A stretch of 64,000 nt of DNA from Thermodesulfobacteriota bacterium. GTDB lineage: Bacteria > Desulfobacterota_D > UBA1144 > Nemesobacterales > Mycalebacteriaceae. The number at the start of each line of letters is the position of its first letter. The stretch's first letter is position 1. Below the pieces are notes generated by a model that saw only the letters and a list, made by a program, of their open reading frames with translations, had not been told where the DNA came from and searched no databases. The stretch covers positions 704,001 to 768,000 of the forward strand of contig OZ242184.1 in assembly GCA_965205855.1 (NCBI GenBank). The letters run 5' to 3'. Shown piece after piece: positions 6,427-17,343 of the stretch. The translations under genes were made by a program, and so were the position numbers.

Positions 6427-9393
6427 TCAGACACCAACCGCATCCGCGCAGCGGTCGCATAGAGACCCGCCGTCTTGCCGTTTTGATACAGTTTCAACTC
6501 TTTTCCAGCAACGGTCGCATTTTGGCTCGTTTGTGAGGTCGTTTACTCTAATGTTGACTCCGCCTTCTTGCCTACCATCCATTATCTGAAGTCGGCTTAC
6601 GCCAACTAAATCGGCAATTTCATCTAGTTTGAATCGGGTTATGGATTTGTATGTATTTGTATCCAGCGACAGGTCGGTAACTTCTATTCCTATTGCGGCA
6701 TCCAGAGGGTTTGAAGGTTTTTTTGCCGTTTTTGCCGTTTCAAGCCTAACCAGACACTTGTCTTTCAGAAAAAGAACGTGAACCCAATCGCCATATACTT
6801 TTGTTTCTTTTCTTGAGAGAAATTTTAATTTTGTGAGGTCGAAGTCGGAAGAAATAAGACAGGTGTCTATAATTTCTTTCTCTTTTTTGAAAAGAATAAA
6901 TTTCTTCACTTCTTCTTTTTTGGGCAGAAAGCCCGTCAGGTGGACGCTTTCCGCTGTATCTTTTTCTTTCTCGTGCAGGAAACCGTATGCCTCCTCCGCC
7001 GTATGAACAAGAATCGGGGCGCAGAGTTTTATTAAAACGTCCGCTATTTTATGTATGACAGTTTGGGTTTTACGTCTTTTTTTGCTGTTTGCCTTGTTGC
7101 AGTAAAGTCTGTCCCGAACGGCTACTATGTACTGCATACTCAAAAAGTCGCAGAGCTTGATTATTGCCCGGCTTGCTTTCCTGTATTCAAATTCGGAGTA
7201 GGCGGTAACGGTTTGGGCGAGTGTTACTTTGCAATATATAAGAGCGACATTGTCAATTGAATAGTCGTCTTCTTCGGCAAGCTCAACAGAATCTTTTTCA
7301 GGATCAAAATCGTTCAGATTGCTCAACAGAAAACGTATTGTATTGCGTATGGTTCTGTATTCATCTGCGGCGGATTCTATGATTTTAATATCGGCTTTTA
7401 TATCGTTTGAATAGTTAAGTGAGCTTACCCACCACCTGCACACATCGGCGCCGTATTTTTTCAAAACTTCCTCAACCTCAAGCGCGTTGCCGCCCGATTT
7501 GCTCATTTTTTTCCCTTGAGCATCAACTATGAAACCGTGCGTCAGAAGGTCTTTGAAAGGCGGCTTTCCGGTTGCGGCGAGTGAAAGAAGAAGCGAAGAC
7601 TGAAACCACCCTCTGTGCTGGTCCGAACCCTCAAGATACAAATCCGCCCTTCCTTGCTCTCCTTTTTCAATAACCGAATGCCATGACGAACCGGACTCAA
7701 ACCACACATCAAAAATGTCTGTGCCTTTTTTCAGTCCGGACGGATTCCAACTGTTTTTCGCCCACTCCGGAGCGTTTGCATCATTTTCAGGATTGTAACC
7801 TTCAAGCAGTTCCGGCGGTTCGGATTCAAACCAGAAATTGCCGCCCTTCGCGCGTATTTTTTCCGCCACTATGAGAACGGTTTTTTTAGTCAGAAGTATG
7901 TTGCCGTCCTTGTCCGTAAAAGCCGGAATCGGAAGCCCCCATGAGCGCTGCCGGGATATGCACCAGTCTGGCCTTGATTCAAGCATTCCGCCGAGGCGCT
8001 TGCTTCCCCATTCGGGATGAAAATTTATTTTCTCTTTTACATTTTCAAGCGCCATTTCGCGCAGTGTTTTCCCGTGTTCTCCAAACGGCTTGTCCATTTT
8101 GATAAACCACTGCGAGGTCGCGCGGAATATTGTGGGCGTTTTCCCGCGCCAGTCATGCGGATAGCTGTGAACAATTTTTCCGACATAAAAAAGCAGGTTC
8201 AGCTCCCTGAGCTTTTCCGCCACAATTCCATTTCCCTCCCAAATACTTTTCCCTTGCAGCCATTGCGGAGCTGAAGAGTCAAAAGTTCCGTCTTCGCCAA
8301 CGGGGCAGTAGATATCCAGCCCTTCCCTTACGCCGGTTTCGTAGTCTTCCGCGCCGTGACCGGGAGCGGTGTGGACAAGCCCGGTTCCTTCATCGGTTCC
8401 CACATACGGAGCGCCGACAACCCTTCCCTCGCGTTCAATGAAAGGGTGTGTGTAGGTTGTTTGCGCCGACAGAAAATCCTTTCCCGCGCATGAGCCGGTT
8501 TTTTCCGGGCTTTTGGAATCCAAACTGTGAGAAAATACGGTTTCGGCAAGATTTTCGGCGACAACGCAGAATTTCCCGTCCGTTTCATAGAGCCCGTATC
8601 CGGCGTCCGGCGAGACGGCAACGGCAAGGTTTGCGGGCAAAGTCCACGGAGTTGTCGTCCATACCATCAGAAAAACCGCGCCGGTTTGCGGAACGTTCAG
8701 AGACTTGGGCAGACGCTCCGGGTCTTTTACGGGAAGCAGGACGTATATGCTAGGGTCTGTTTTTTCGTGATACTCAAGTTCCGCTTCGGCAAGAGCCGTT
8801 CTGTTTTCAACAGACCAGTGAACGGGTTTTTTATCGCGGCTGACTATTCCTTTCCCGACAAGTCCGGCAAACACCTCAAGCACGCCCGCCTCGTATTGCG
8901 GATTCATTGTGAGATACGGTTTTTCGTAATCGGCCATGGTTCCGAGCCGTTTCATCTCTTTTGTCTGCTTGCGAACGAATTTATCAGCGTAGTTGCGGCA
9001 TTTTTTTCTTATTGGCATCGGGCTTGAGGCTGCCTCTCTCTCTTCGGATTCTTTCAGCATTTTGTGCTCAATCGGGAGGCCGTGACAGTCCCAACCCGGT
9101 TTCAGAAAAGAGTCAAAACCCAGCATGGTTTGCGACCGCACAACCATGTCTTTCAGGATTTTGTTGAGCAGATGCCCTATGTGTATTGAGCCGTTCGCGT
9201 ATGGAGGCCCGTCGTGCAAAACAAATTTTTCCGCACCTTCGGATTTTTTCCTTACCGCGGAAAACAGGTTTGTTTTCTCCCATTTTTTCTGAATCACAGG
9301 TTCTTTTTGCAAAAGTCCGGCTTTCATTGGAAAACCCTCCGCTTTCGGAAGGTTCAAAGAGTCTCTGTAGTTTTTTTCTTTTTTGCCGGACAT
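6427..9393 (-). CDS. ileS: Isoleucine--tRNA ligase
   Basis: LHDGPPYANG, HIGH, WTTTPWTL, KMSKS and C-terminal CDRCW..CDRC. Confidence 0.97.
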   Translation of the reverse strand: MSGKKEKNYRDSLNLPKAEGFPMKAGLLQKEPVIQKKWEKTNLFSAVRKKSEGAEKFVLHDGPPYANGSIHIGHLLNKILKDMVVRSQTMLGFDSFLKPGWDCHGLPIEHKMLKESEEREAASSPMPIRKKCRNYADKFVRKQTKEMKRLGTMADYEKPYLTMNPQYEAGVLEVFAGLVGKGIVSRDKKPVHWSVENRTALAEAELEYHEKTDPSIYVLLPVKDPERLPKSLNVPQTGAVFLMVWTTTPWTLPANLAVAVSPDAGYGLYETDGKFCVVAENLAETVFSHSLDSKSPEKTGSCAGKDFLSAQTTYTHPFIEREGRVVGAPYVGTDEGTGLVHTAPGHGAEDYETGVREGLDIYCPVGEDGTFDSSAPQWLQGKSIWEGNGIVAEKLRELNLLFYVGKIVHSYPHDWRGKTPTIFRATSQWFIKMDKPFGEHGKTLREMALENVKEKINFHPEWGSKRLGGMLESRPDWCISRQRSWGLPIPAFTDKDGNILLTKKTVLIVAEKIRAKGGNFWFESEPPELLEGYNPENDANAPEWAKNSWNPSGLKKGTDIFDVWFESGSSWHSVIEKGEQGRADLYLEGSDQHRGWFQSSLLLSLAATGKPPFKDLLTHGFIVDAQGKKMSKSGGNALEVEEVLKKYGADVCRWWVSSLNYSNDIKADIKIIESAADEYRTIRNTIRFLLSNLNDFDPEKDSVELAEEDDYSIDNVALIYCKVTLAQTVTAYSEFEYRKASRAIIKLCDFLSMQYIVAVRDRLYCNKANSKKRRKTQTVIHKIADVLIKLCAPILVHTAEEAYGFLHEKEKDTAESVHLTGFLPKKEEVKKFILFKKEKEIIDTCLISSDFDLTKLKFLSRKETKVYGDWVHVLFLKDKCLVRLETAKTAKKPSNPLDAAIGIEVTDLSLDTNTYKSITRFKLDEIADLVGVSRLQIMDGRQEGGVNIRVNDLTNEPKCDRCWKRVETVSKRQDGGSLCDRCADAVGV

Positions 9394-9426
9394 TGTGATT
9401 GCGGGATTGTAACTGTTTGGGGATTG

Positions 9427-9783
9427 TCAGTTTTTTGGGCGGATTTTTTCCCAGTAAACAAACTTCTCAAGCCTGTCATGCATTTTTTTGGCGAAATCAG
9501 ACCATTTGCGCCATTCTTTTTTGTAGGGTTTTGTCTCATCCACTTTGTTTTTGATTTTAAATCCGGTTTTGGAAAGTTCTATTATGTATTCCTCGGAGTC
9601 CTTGAATGCTTCCTGCAATTTTTCCGCGTATTCATGCAGATACTTGATTGTTATTTTGTTCATATCCCTTATTTCCAATATAAAATACCCGTTCTTCTGG
9701 TCCGAAGGCATATCCATCATCGTAACCTTGTGGAACACCGTGGTGTTAACATCTTCCGCCTTCATTGAGATTAAAAATTCCAT
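9427..9783 (-). CDS. Hypothetical protein (118 aa)
   Basis: Fills the aceF-ileS gap on the operon strand. Charged, helical composition. Confidence 0.55.
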   Translation of the reverse strand: MEFLISMKAEDVNTTVFHKVTMMDMPSDQKNGYFILEIRDMNKITIKYLHEYAEKLQEAFKDSEEYIIELSKTGFKIKNKVDETKPYKKEWRKWSDFAKKMHDRLEKFVYWEKIRPKN

Positions 9784-9829
9784 CGCGCTCTTCCGTCCGC
9801 CGCTTTGTGAAAAGTTATTTCAACTATCC

Positions 9830-11128
9830 CTACCCCTCAAATACAAGTTTGAACGGCTCTTCCACGGCCTCCGCCACCCATCTGGAAAATGTCGCCGCCT
9901 CCGCGCCGTCTATCACCCTGTGGTCATAAGACAAAGACAGCGGAAGAATTGTTTTCGGTTTGAACTGCCCGGAGCCCGGTTCGTAGACCGGCTCAACCTT
10001 TGAACGCGAAAGACCGAGTATTGCCACTTCCGGGTAGTTAACAATCGGCGTGAAAGAACTGCCGCCAATGCCTCCGAGATTGCTTACGGTGAAGCTTGAG
10101 CCCTGAAGCTCATCGGGTTTGATGTTCTTTTCTCTAGCTCTTTTCGCGAGGTCCGACAGCTCAATTGATATTTCAATTATATTCTTTTTCCCCACATCCT
10201 TTATCACCGGAACGACAAGGCCTCTTTCGGTATTAACCGCGACTCCGATGTTTATGTATTTCTTAAGGATTATTTCGTTGTTTTGTCCGTCAAAACTTGA
10301 GTTGAATTTCGGGAACACTCCGAGCGCCGATGCCACGACTTTTACGATAATTCCCGTTACCGTGAGTTTTCCTCCGGCCTTTTCCGCCTTTGCACTGAAA
10401 TTCTTTCGAAGATCTTCAAGTTCCGTGATGTCCGCGTTGTCATGATGTGTAACATGGGGAACTTTTTCCCAAGCACGAACGAGAGATTGTGCCGATATTC
10501 TTCTGACGGTTGAAACGGAAACCTTTTCCGTTTCCCCCCAGGGGCTGAAATCCGGAAGCTCCGGGGCGTGGTTCCACGCGGAGTTTATTACGTCTTTCGC
10601 GTGCGTTTTTACATCTTCGGAGGAAACTCTTCCCCGCGCGCCAGTGCCTTTGATTTCCGTGATCTCTATCCCCATTTCTCTCGCAAGAGATTTCGCGGAC
10701 GGCGATGAAGGGGGACGCTTCGCAACAGGCGTTGTTTGCTGTTTGCCGGCGTGCTTTTCAATCTCGGCGGGCGGCTCGACCGTAACCTCCGGAGCGACAG
10801 GCTCTTTTTCACGCGGACTGGCCGGTTGCTCGGTTTTCGGTTCGGCTTTTTTCTCCGGGGTTTTCTTTCCCGATGTTGCGGATTTCTCTTTGCTGTTTGT
10901 GTTTATTACGGCGATAAGTTGACCCACTTTCACTTTGTCTCCCGCGGAAACCGCGATGCTTTCCACCTTTCCTTCAAACGGACACGGAAGGTCAAACGCC
11001 GCTTTGTCGGTCTCAAGTTCAACAACCGGCTCGTCTTTTACTATAAAATTTCCCTCTTCGGTAAAGACGGCTATAACAACGGCTTCCTCAATATTTTCAC
11101 CGATTTCTGGCAGATTAAATTCTTTCAT
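9830..11128 (-). CDS. aceF: Pyruvate dehydrogenase E2 (dihydrolipoamide acetyltransferase)
   Basis: Lipoyl ETDKA, E3-binding domain and SYDHRVIDG. Confidence 0.93.
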   Translation of the reverse strand: MKEFNLPEIGENIEEAVVIAVFTEEGNFIVKDEPVVELETDKAAFDLPCPFEGKVESIAVSAGDKVKVGQLIAVINTNSKEKSATSGKKTPEKKAEPKTEQPASPREKEPVAPEVTVEPPAEIEKHAGKQQTTPVAKRPPSSPSAKSLAREMGIEITEIKGTGARGRVSSEDVKTHAKDVINSAWNHAPELPDFSPWGETEKVSVSTVRRISAQSLVRAWEKVPHVTHHDNADITELEDLRKNFSAKAEKAGGKLTVTGIIVKVVASALGVFPKFNSSFDGQNNEIILKKYINIGVAVNTERGLVVPVIKDVGKKNIIEISIELSDLAKRAREKNIKPDELQGSSFTVSNLGGIGGSSFTPIVNYPEVAILGLSRSKVEPVYEPGSGQFKPKTILPLSLSYDHRVIDGAEAATFSRWVAEAVEEPFKLVFEG

Positions 11129-11160
11129 CTTGGTTTTTCTCCTGTTTTTTATTTTTTTCC

Positions 11161-13824
11161 TTATGTGAACATCGGGTCTTTTTTCCTTGGATTTATTCCA
11201 AGGTCTTTAATCGCTATTTTAAGCGTTGTGTCTTTTATTTGCCCTTCTTCTCTGAGCGCCCAAAGCGCGGCGTAGGCAATGTGGTTTGAATTTACTTCAA
11301 AAAATTCCCGCAGGCTTTCTCTTGTGTCGCTTCTGCCAAACCCGTCCGTTCCAAGCTCAACAGTTCGTCCCGGAAGCCAACGTGATATTGAGCAGGGGAG
11401 GGATTTCAGATAGTCCGAAGACGCGATAAAAACTCCGCTTTTGCCTTTCATACATTTTTCAATATGTGATTTTTCCGGTTTTGTGAACGGGCGGATTCTG
11501 TTCAACCTCTCGGTTGTCTGTGCTTCTCTGTAAAGTTCCTTGTAACTTGTAACACTCCACACATCCGCTGAGACTCCGTATTCTTTCTCCAGAATTTCCG
11601 CGGCTTTTATCGTCTCGTTCATTATAGCTCCGCTGCCGAGCAGGTGTGCTTTTGGAGTTTCCTTTTTTGTGAGTTTTGATTTTGAAAAACAATACATTCC
11701 TTTGATTATATTTTCGGGAATATCTTTGCCTTTCGGCATGGGCGGTTGCTCGTACGGCTCATTTGTAACGGTTATGTAATAGAAAATATCCTCTTCGTTA
11801 CAATACATTTTTTTCATTCCCTCGCATATTATCACCGCGAGTTCATACGCAAAAGCGGGGTCGTAAGACGGCATTGTCGGAAAAGCGTATGAAAAATGGT
11901 GGCTGTTTCCGTCCTGATGCTGAAGTCCTTCTCCAGCAAGTGTTGTTCTGCCTGCGGTTCCGCCGATAAGGAAACCCTTGCACCGCATATCGCCCGCCGC
12001 CCAGGCAAGGTCTCCTATCCTTTGCAAACCGAACATGGAGTAGAAGATAAAAAACGGAATCGCGTTTATCCCGTGAGTAGCGCTTGCCGTTCCGGCCGCT
12101 ATGAAGGAAGACATTGCCCCCGCTTCGGTAATTCCCTCTTCAAGTATCTGACCGTCTTTACTTTCCCTGTAATACAAAAGTGTGTCGGAGTCCACGGGGT
12201 CGTATTTTTGCCCCTCGCTTGCGTATATGCCGACTTTGCGAAATAGCGGCTCCATTCCGAATGTTCGCGCCTCATCCGGAACTATCGGCACGATAAGGCG
12301 GCCGATTTCGGGGTCTTTCAGCAGTTCTGAAAGCATTTTCACAAAAGCCATTGTTGTTGCAACGGGGCGGCCGTTAGACCCTTTGTAAAATTCGGAAAAG
12401 GTTTTTTCGGGAATCCGTTCGAGGGGTTTTGACCTGTTTTTTCTCGAAGGCGAACTGCCGCCCAGGGATTTTCTCCTTTCAAGCATATAGAGAATTTCCC
12501 TGCTGTCTTCGGGTGGTTTGTAAAAGGGGACATTGAGAATTTCTTCATTTGATATCGGTATGTGCAAACGGTCTCTGAAATCTTTTAATTCCCGTTCGTT
12601 CAACTTTTTCTGTTGATGAGTTATGTTGCGTCCCTCGCCGCTTTCGCCAAGTCCGTAGCCTTTTACGGTTTTCGCAAGAACCACAGACGGCTTTCCGTTC
12701 CGCTCCAGCGCCGCCTTGTAGGCCGCGTAAACCTTCGCCGGGTCATGCCCTCCGCGCGCGAGCTTTTCCAGCTGTTTGTCGGTGTGATTTTTCGTCATGT
12801 CCAGCAGAATGGGATGTGTTCCAAAGAAGTTTGTCCGTATGTAATTCCCTTTCTCAACAACATATTTCTGATATTCGCCGTCAACCGTCTCTTCCATTCT
12901 TTCCATAAGAAGGCCCGAAGCGTCTTTTTCAAGCAACACGTCCCAGTCCGTTCCCCATATCACCTTTATTGCGTTCCATCCCGCTCCGCGAAAAATCGCC
13001 TCAAGCTCCTGGATAATTTTGCCGTTGCCCCTTACGGGCCCGTCAAGCCGCTGGAGGTTGCAGTTGATTACAAATATAAGGTTGTCAAGTTTTTCCCTTG
13101 CCGCGAGGGTTATTGCTCCGAGAGTTTCCGGCTCATCCGCTTCGCCGTCACCGAGAAAGACCCAGACATTGGAATCGGATTTTTCAATTAATCCTCTGTT
13201 TTCCAGATACCTGTTGAAACGCGCCTGATAGATTCCCATTATCGGAGAAAGTCCCATTGAAACGGTCGGGAATTCCCAGAAATCCGGCATCAGCCACGGA
13301 TGAGGATATGATGAAAGTCCTCTGCCGCCACTGATTTCTCTTCTAAAGTTTTTTAACTGCTCAAGGGATACGGTTCCTTCAAGGAAAGCTCTCGCGTATA
13401 TTCCCGGAGATGAGTGCCCCTGAAAAAAAACCATATCAGCGTTTTTGCCCACTTTTATACAATGATTGAACGCGACCTCAAGCAGTGTGGCCGCGGATGC
13501 GTAGGTGGATATGTGACCTCCTATTCCGTCATTGAGGCGGTTTGCTCTTACGACCATGGCCATTGCATTCCAGCGGATAATGTTTTTGAGCCGTCGCTCA
13601 ACTTCGCGGTCTCCGGGAAATTCCGGCTGCATGTCCGTCGAAATTGTGTTTATGTAAGGAGTGTTTGCGGCATAGGGAATGCTGACACCGTTTTTAGCCG
13701 CATGTTTTTGAATATGTCCTAGAAGCTGCGAAGCCCTTTCTTCTCCGCCGCCAGAGATGATCTCGTCAAAAGAGTCCGTCCACTCGCGGTCTTCAATATG
13801 CTCTTCTGTCTTTCTGTCGGGCAT
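11161..13824 (-). CDS. aceE: Pyruvate dehydrogenase E1, homodimeric type
   Basis: IRWNAMAMV, GDGE, NLQRLDGP and GEGLQHQDG. Start reassigned to MPDRK (13824). Confidence 0.96.
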   Translation of the reverse strand: MPDRKTEEHIEDREWTDSFDEIISGGGEERASQLLGHIQKHAAKNGVSIPYAANTPYINTISTDMQPEFPGDREVERRLKNIIRWNAMAMVVRANRLNDGIGGHISTYASAATLLEVAFNHCIKVGKNADMVFFQGHSSPGIYARAFLEGTVSLEQLKNFRREISGGRGLSSYPHPWLMPDFWEFPTVSMGLSPIMGIYQARFNRYLENRGLIEKSDSNVWVFLGDGEADEPETLGAITLAAREKLDNLIFVINCNLQRLDGPVRGNGKIIQELEAIFRGAGWNAIKVIWGTDWDVLLEKDASGLLMERMEETVDGEYQKYVVEKGNYIRTNFFGTHPILLDMTKNHTDKQLEKLARGGHDPAKVYAAYKAALERNGKPSVVLAKTVKGYGLGESGEGRNITHQQKKLNERELKDFRDRLHIPISNEEILNVPFYKPPEDSREILYMLERRKSLGGSSPSRKNRSKPLERIPEKTFSEFYKGSNGRPVATTMAFVKMLSELLKDPEIGRLIVPIVPDEARTFGMEPLFRKVGIYASEGQKYDPVDSDTLLYYRESKDGQILEEGITEAGAMSSFIAAGTASATHGINAIPFFIFYSMFGLQRIGDLAWAAGDMRCKGFLIGGTAGRTTLAGEGLQHQDGNSHHFSYAFPTMPSYDPAFAYELAVIICEGMKKMYCNEEDIFYYITVTNEPYEQPPMPKGKDIPENIIKGMYCFSKSKLTKKETPKAHLLGSGAIMNETIKAAEILEKEYGVSADVWSVTSYKELYREAQTTERLNRIRPFTKPEKSHIEKCMKGKSGVFIASSDYLKSLPCSISRWLPGRTVELGTDGFGRSDTRESLREFFEVNSNHIAYAALWALREEGQIKDTTLKIAIKDLGINPRKKDPMFT

Positions 13825-13963
13825 TGAAAACAGTATATATGAAGTTGAACAAGACAAAACGAAAGGAGCGCGGACAAACAAACGCCATGAGGTTTTCAAA
13901 AGGTTCCTATTCTTGTGTTTAACTTCACACTTCTTTTTTCTTAATGTAGAATATGTCTCCAAT

Positions 13964-15397
13964 ATGAGTTCCAAATACGATCTTGTTATAATCGGTTCCG
14001 GTCCAGGTGGTTATATTTCGGCAATCAGAGCCGCACAGCTGGGCATGAAAACGGCCGTTGTTGAACGTGACAACCCCGGAGGCGTGTGCCTGAACTGGGG
14101 GTGCATTCCCTCAAAAGCCATTATCAAATGTGCCGAGGTTTACAACTATTTCCGCGATGCGGAAAACTACGGCATATCGCACAAAGGGCTTTCATTTGAC
14201 TACTCAAAGGTGATAGACAAAAGCAGGGGAGCGTCCTCCTCTCTTAACAAGGGAGTGGAGTTCCTTTTGAAAAAAAACAAGGTGGACCTTATAAAAGGTG
14301 CGGCAAAATTGCTTCGTCCGGATTCGGTGGGAATTGTCGGAGATGAGGATTCCGAGATTCAAGCGCAAAAAATCATGCTCGCTACCGGTTCGGTTCCGCG
14401 CACAATTCCCGGTCTTGATATAGACGGCAAAATCGTTATGACAAGCGATGAAGCCATCATGAACCGCCGGATTCCCAAAACCATTGCAATTATCGGCGGC
14501 GGATACATAGGCGTTGAGTTTGCTTATGTTTATAACGCTTTCGGTAGCAAGGTTACAATTGTTGAAATGGCTCCGAACATTATTCCCGGAGCGGATGAAG
14601 ATATTTCAAAGGAGCTTGAAAAGAGTTTCAAAAAAAGCGGAATTGAGGTTTTGACCTCAACCGCGTACAAGTCAATCAAAAAAACAAAAAAGGAAGCGAA
14701 AGTAACGGTTGCGGACGCGGGTTCGGGCAAGGAGAAAACCCTGAACGCCGAAATGGTTCTGGTTGCGATTGGAAGAAAAGCCGTTGCCAACTCCGCTCCC
14801 ACCTCTTTCAGTTTCTACGGTTCGGGAGACAGTCTGGGACTTGCTGAGCTTGGAATAGATATCAATGAGCAGGGTTTTATTAAGACCGATGAATCTTACT
14901 CAACAACCTGTTCGGGCGTTTACGCGATTGGAGATGTTATCGGGCCGCCGTTGCTGGCTCACAAGGCGTCCGATGAGGGCGTTGTCGCCGTTGAACGAAT
15001 GAACGGACTGGACACGCGGGTTCATTACAACAACATTCCGGGTTGTGTCTATTGCCAGCCAGAAATCGCCTCGGTCGGTCTTACGGAAAAACAGGCGAAT
15101 GACGACGGATACAATATCTCTGTCGGCTCTTTTCCTTTCAAAGCGGTCGGCAAGGCGGTTGCAGTCGGCGAAACGGAGGGTTTTGTCAAAATTATTTCCA
15201 ACAAGGATAACGGCGAGATTCTGGGCGCCCATATCATAGGTCATGGCGCGACTGAGCTTATAGCGGAAATAGGAACTGCCAAGACGCTTGAATCAACTCC
15301 TTACGAAATAGCCACGACCTCTCACGCCCACCCCACTCTTTCGGAAGCGGTTATGGAAGCGGCACTTTCCGTAATGGGAAGGCAGAGAAATTTCTAA
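13964..15397 (+). CDS. lpdA: Dihydrolipoamide dehydrogenase
   Basis: GSGPGG, GGVCLNWGCIPSK and HAHPTLSE. Start at MSSKY (13964). Confidence 0.96.
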   Translation: MSSKYDLVIIGSGPGGYISAIRAAQLGMKTAVVERDNPGGVCLNWGCIPSKAIIKCAEVYNYFRDAENYGISHKGLSFDYSKVIDKSRGASSSLNKGVEFLLKKNKVDLIKGAAKLLRPDSVGIVGDEDSEIQAQKIMLATGSVPRTIPGLDIDGKIVMTSDEAIMNRRIPKTIAIIGGGYIGVEFAYVYNAFGSKVTIVEMAPNIIPGADEDISKELEKSFKKSGIEVLTSTAYKSIKKTKKEAKVTVADAGSGKEKTLNAEMVLVAIGRKAVANSAPTSFSFYGSGDSLGLAELGIDINEQGFIKTDESYSTTCSGVYAIGDVIGPPLLAHKASDEGVVAVERMNGLDTRVHYNNIPGCVYCQPEIASVGLTEKQANDDGYNISVGSFPFKAVGKAVAVGETEGFVKIISNKDNGEILGAHIIGHGATELIAEIGTAKTLESTPYEIATTSHAHPTLSEAVMEAALSVMGRQRNF

Positions 15398-15407
15398 CCG
15401 CTTTCAA

Positions 15408-16082
15408 ATGGCAAAAAAATTCGTTCTCCAAAATCCCGGTGTTCTTCCCTACTCTCGCGCACTTGAAATTCAGTCTGAAATTCTCAACAGGCGAATAGAG
15501 GGCACGGCCGAAGACACTCTTATTCTTCTTGAACACCCGCCGACCATAACGACCGGCAGAAGGGGAAATCTTTCAAATCTGACCGCGAACGCGGAGGTTT
15601 TAAAAAAGCGCGGAGTTCACATTGAAACCTCCACCACAAGGGGTGGAGACATAACTTTCCACGGACTCGGGCAGATTGTCGGTTATCCGATTATAGGTAT
15701 AAGAGACCACAAAGGCGGAGTCCCCGGATATGTGCGCGATTTGGAGGAAGTGATAATCCGCTCGCTTTCTGATTTCTGTATTTCCGCACACCGCATAGAA
15801 AAACTGACCGGAGTCTGGGTAAAACGCGACAAAATAGCATCCATAGGAGTGGGGGTAAGAAGATGGACAACATGGCACGGCTTTGCGCTTAATGTAAACA
15901 CTGACCTTTCATGGTTTGACACGATGGTTCCTTGTGGAATTCCGCAGGCGCGCATGACTTCAATAAAAGAGTGGACTCACAGCGCAAGCGATGTGGATAC
16001 CGATGCGGTTTGTGATTCTCTTGTAAAACATTTCACCGATGTTTTCGGTTACGACCGACACACAACCGCGGCGTCCGAATAA
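15408..16082 (+). CDS. lipB: Octanoyltransferase
   Basis: LLEHPP, RGGDITFHG, KIASIG, HGFALN and PCGI. Confidence 0.95.
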   Translation: MAKKFVLQNPGVLPYSRALEIQSEILNRRIEGTAEDTLILLEHPPTITTGRRGNLSNLTANAEVLKKRGVHIETSTTRGGDITFHGLGQIVGYPIIGIRDHKGGVPGYVRDLEEVIIRSLSDFCISAHRIEKLTGVWVKRDKIASIGVGVRRWTTWHGFALNVNTDLSWFDTMVPCGIPQARMTSIKEWTHSASDVDTDAVCDSLVKHFTDVFGYDRHTTAASE

Positions 16083-16087
16083 AGAAT

Positions 16088-16525
16088 TTACATATCGGTG
16101 TTTCTCGTCCAATACACAATGACGGCACCGGCCACTATAAAGGAGATTCCCGCAAGGCGCATGGGGGTTATTTTTTCCTCCAGAAGAATCCACGCGTAGA
16201 TGGTTGAGAAAAGCGGAGCGGTCGCCGCAATCGGTATGACATAAGATGCCTCGCCGTGCTTGAGGGCTGAGAAGAAAAGAAAAAGCCCGATGATACCTCC
16301 GAGAAGTCCGGCGGCGAGAATCAGCGCTAGGGTCTTGCCGCTTATTTCAAAAATCTCCTGGACCCTTCCGGTGGCGATTGCGAATGTTGTCGCGCAGGCG
16401 GAGATAAAAAGAAATCTTATCGTCATCACAACAACGGGCGAAGCATCGCGCAAGCTCATCTTTTCAAAAATCGGGCTGAGCCCCCATATCGCGGCTGTAG
16501 CGAGAGCGAGAATTGTCGCTCTCAT
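16088..16525 (-). CDS. EamA/DMT family membrane protein
   Basis: IWG motif, ~5 TM helices and LLEEKIT. Confidence 0.85.
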   Translation of the reverse strand: MRATILALATAAIWGLSPIFEKMSLRDASPVVVMTIRFLFISACATTFAIATGRVQEIFEISGKTLALILAAGLLGGIIGLFLFFSALKHGEASYVIPIAATAPLFSTIYAWILLEEKITPMRLAGISFIVAGAVIVYWTRNTDM

Positions 16526-17343
16526 TGGCTCGTTTCCCTTTGCGTGTCCGCAAGCGGAGGGATTATTTCCTCAAGAGTTCTTATTGACGCGACATTATCA
16601 GTATTGCCGTTTTCTCTGTCAAGAAGAACAGAGTTGATTCCGGCGTTTTTCGCGCCGATGTAGTCTTTTTCCATATCGTCTCCTATGTGCAGGCACTCGC
16701 CGGGATTCACTCCCTGTTTTTTCAGCGCGATTTGAAAGATTTCTGGCGACGGTTTGGAAAATCCCGCTTCGCTTGAAATGGTAAAAGACGAGAAAAATTT
16801 CCCCAATTCAAGATATTCCAGCACGTCGTAGACACGGGAATCAAAATTTGAAATTAGAATAATTTCGTATCCCATACGTTTGAGTTTTCCAAGAACGGAC
16901 GCGGAGTCCGGAAAGGCCTTCCAGGCTTTTTTTCTGAAATGTTCAAAAAGATCCTCAAAATAGCGGTCAAAATCCGTCAACATACCGGTTTCATTGAATA
17001 CATTGCTTACCACACAATGCCACCATTGTTTTTCACGTCGCTTCCTTTCCGCCTCCGTCATATCGCCGAAGGCAAGAGGAGGAGCCGACGCAAAGACGCG
17101 CGAAAAAACGCGCTTTATTTTGTCTGGCTTTGTATTGAATCCGTATTTCGCCGCCTTCTCGGCATATGTAGCTCCCAGGCCGTTTTTAATAAAAAAAAGT
17201 GTGTCTGCTGCGTCAAAGGAAATAAATTTTATATTCTCAAACTCAATTTTCTGCAATTGATGTGAAGTATTATGCCCGGTTTTTCGGGCAAACTCGGAAA
17301 CGGCGGACAATTCCCGGCATTTGTCGGAGACTGAGTTTTTCAT
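16522..17343 (-). CDS. HAD-IA family hydrolase
   Basis: FDAADTL, SNFD, KPSPEIF and HIGDD. Confidence 0.88.
   Translation of the reverse strand: MKNSVSDKCRELSAVSEFARKTGHNTSHQLQKIEFENIKFISFDAADTLFFIKNGLGATYAEKAAKYGFNTKPDKIKRVFSRVFASAPPLAFGDMTEAERKRREKQWWHCVVSNVFNETGMLTDFDRYFEDLFEHFRKKAWKAFPDSASVLGKLKRMGYEIILISNFDSRVYDVLEYLELGKFFSSFTISSEAGFSKPSPEIFQIALKKQGVNPGECLHIGDDMEKDYIGAKNAGINSVLLDRENGNTDNVASIRTLEEIIPPLADTQRETSQ

Noticed and set aside
13757-13974. Overlapping N-terminal extensions of aceE and lpdA
   Set aside because: True starts at 13824 and 13964 leave a normal divergent promoter region.
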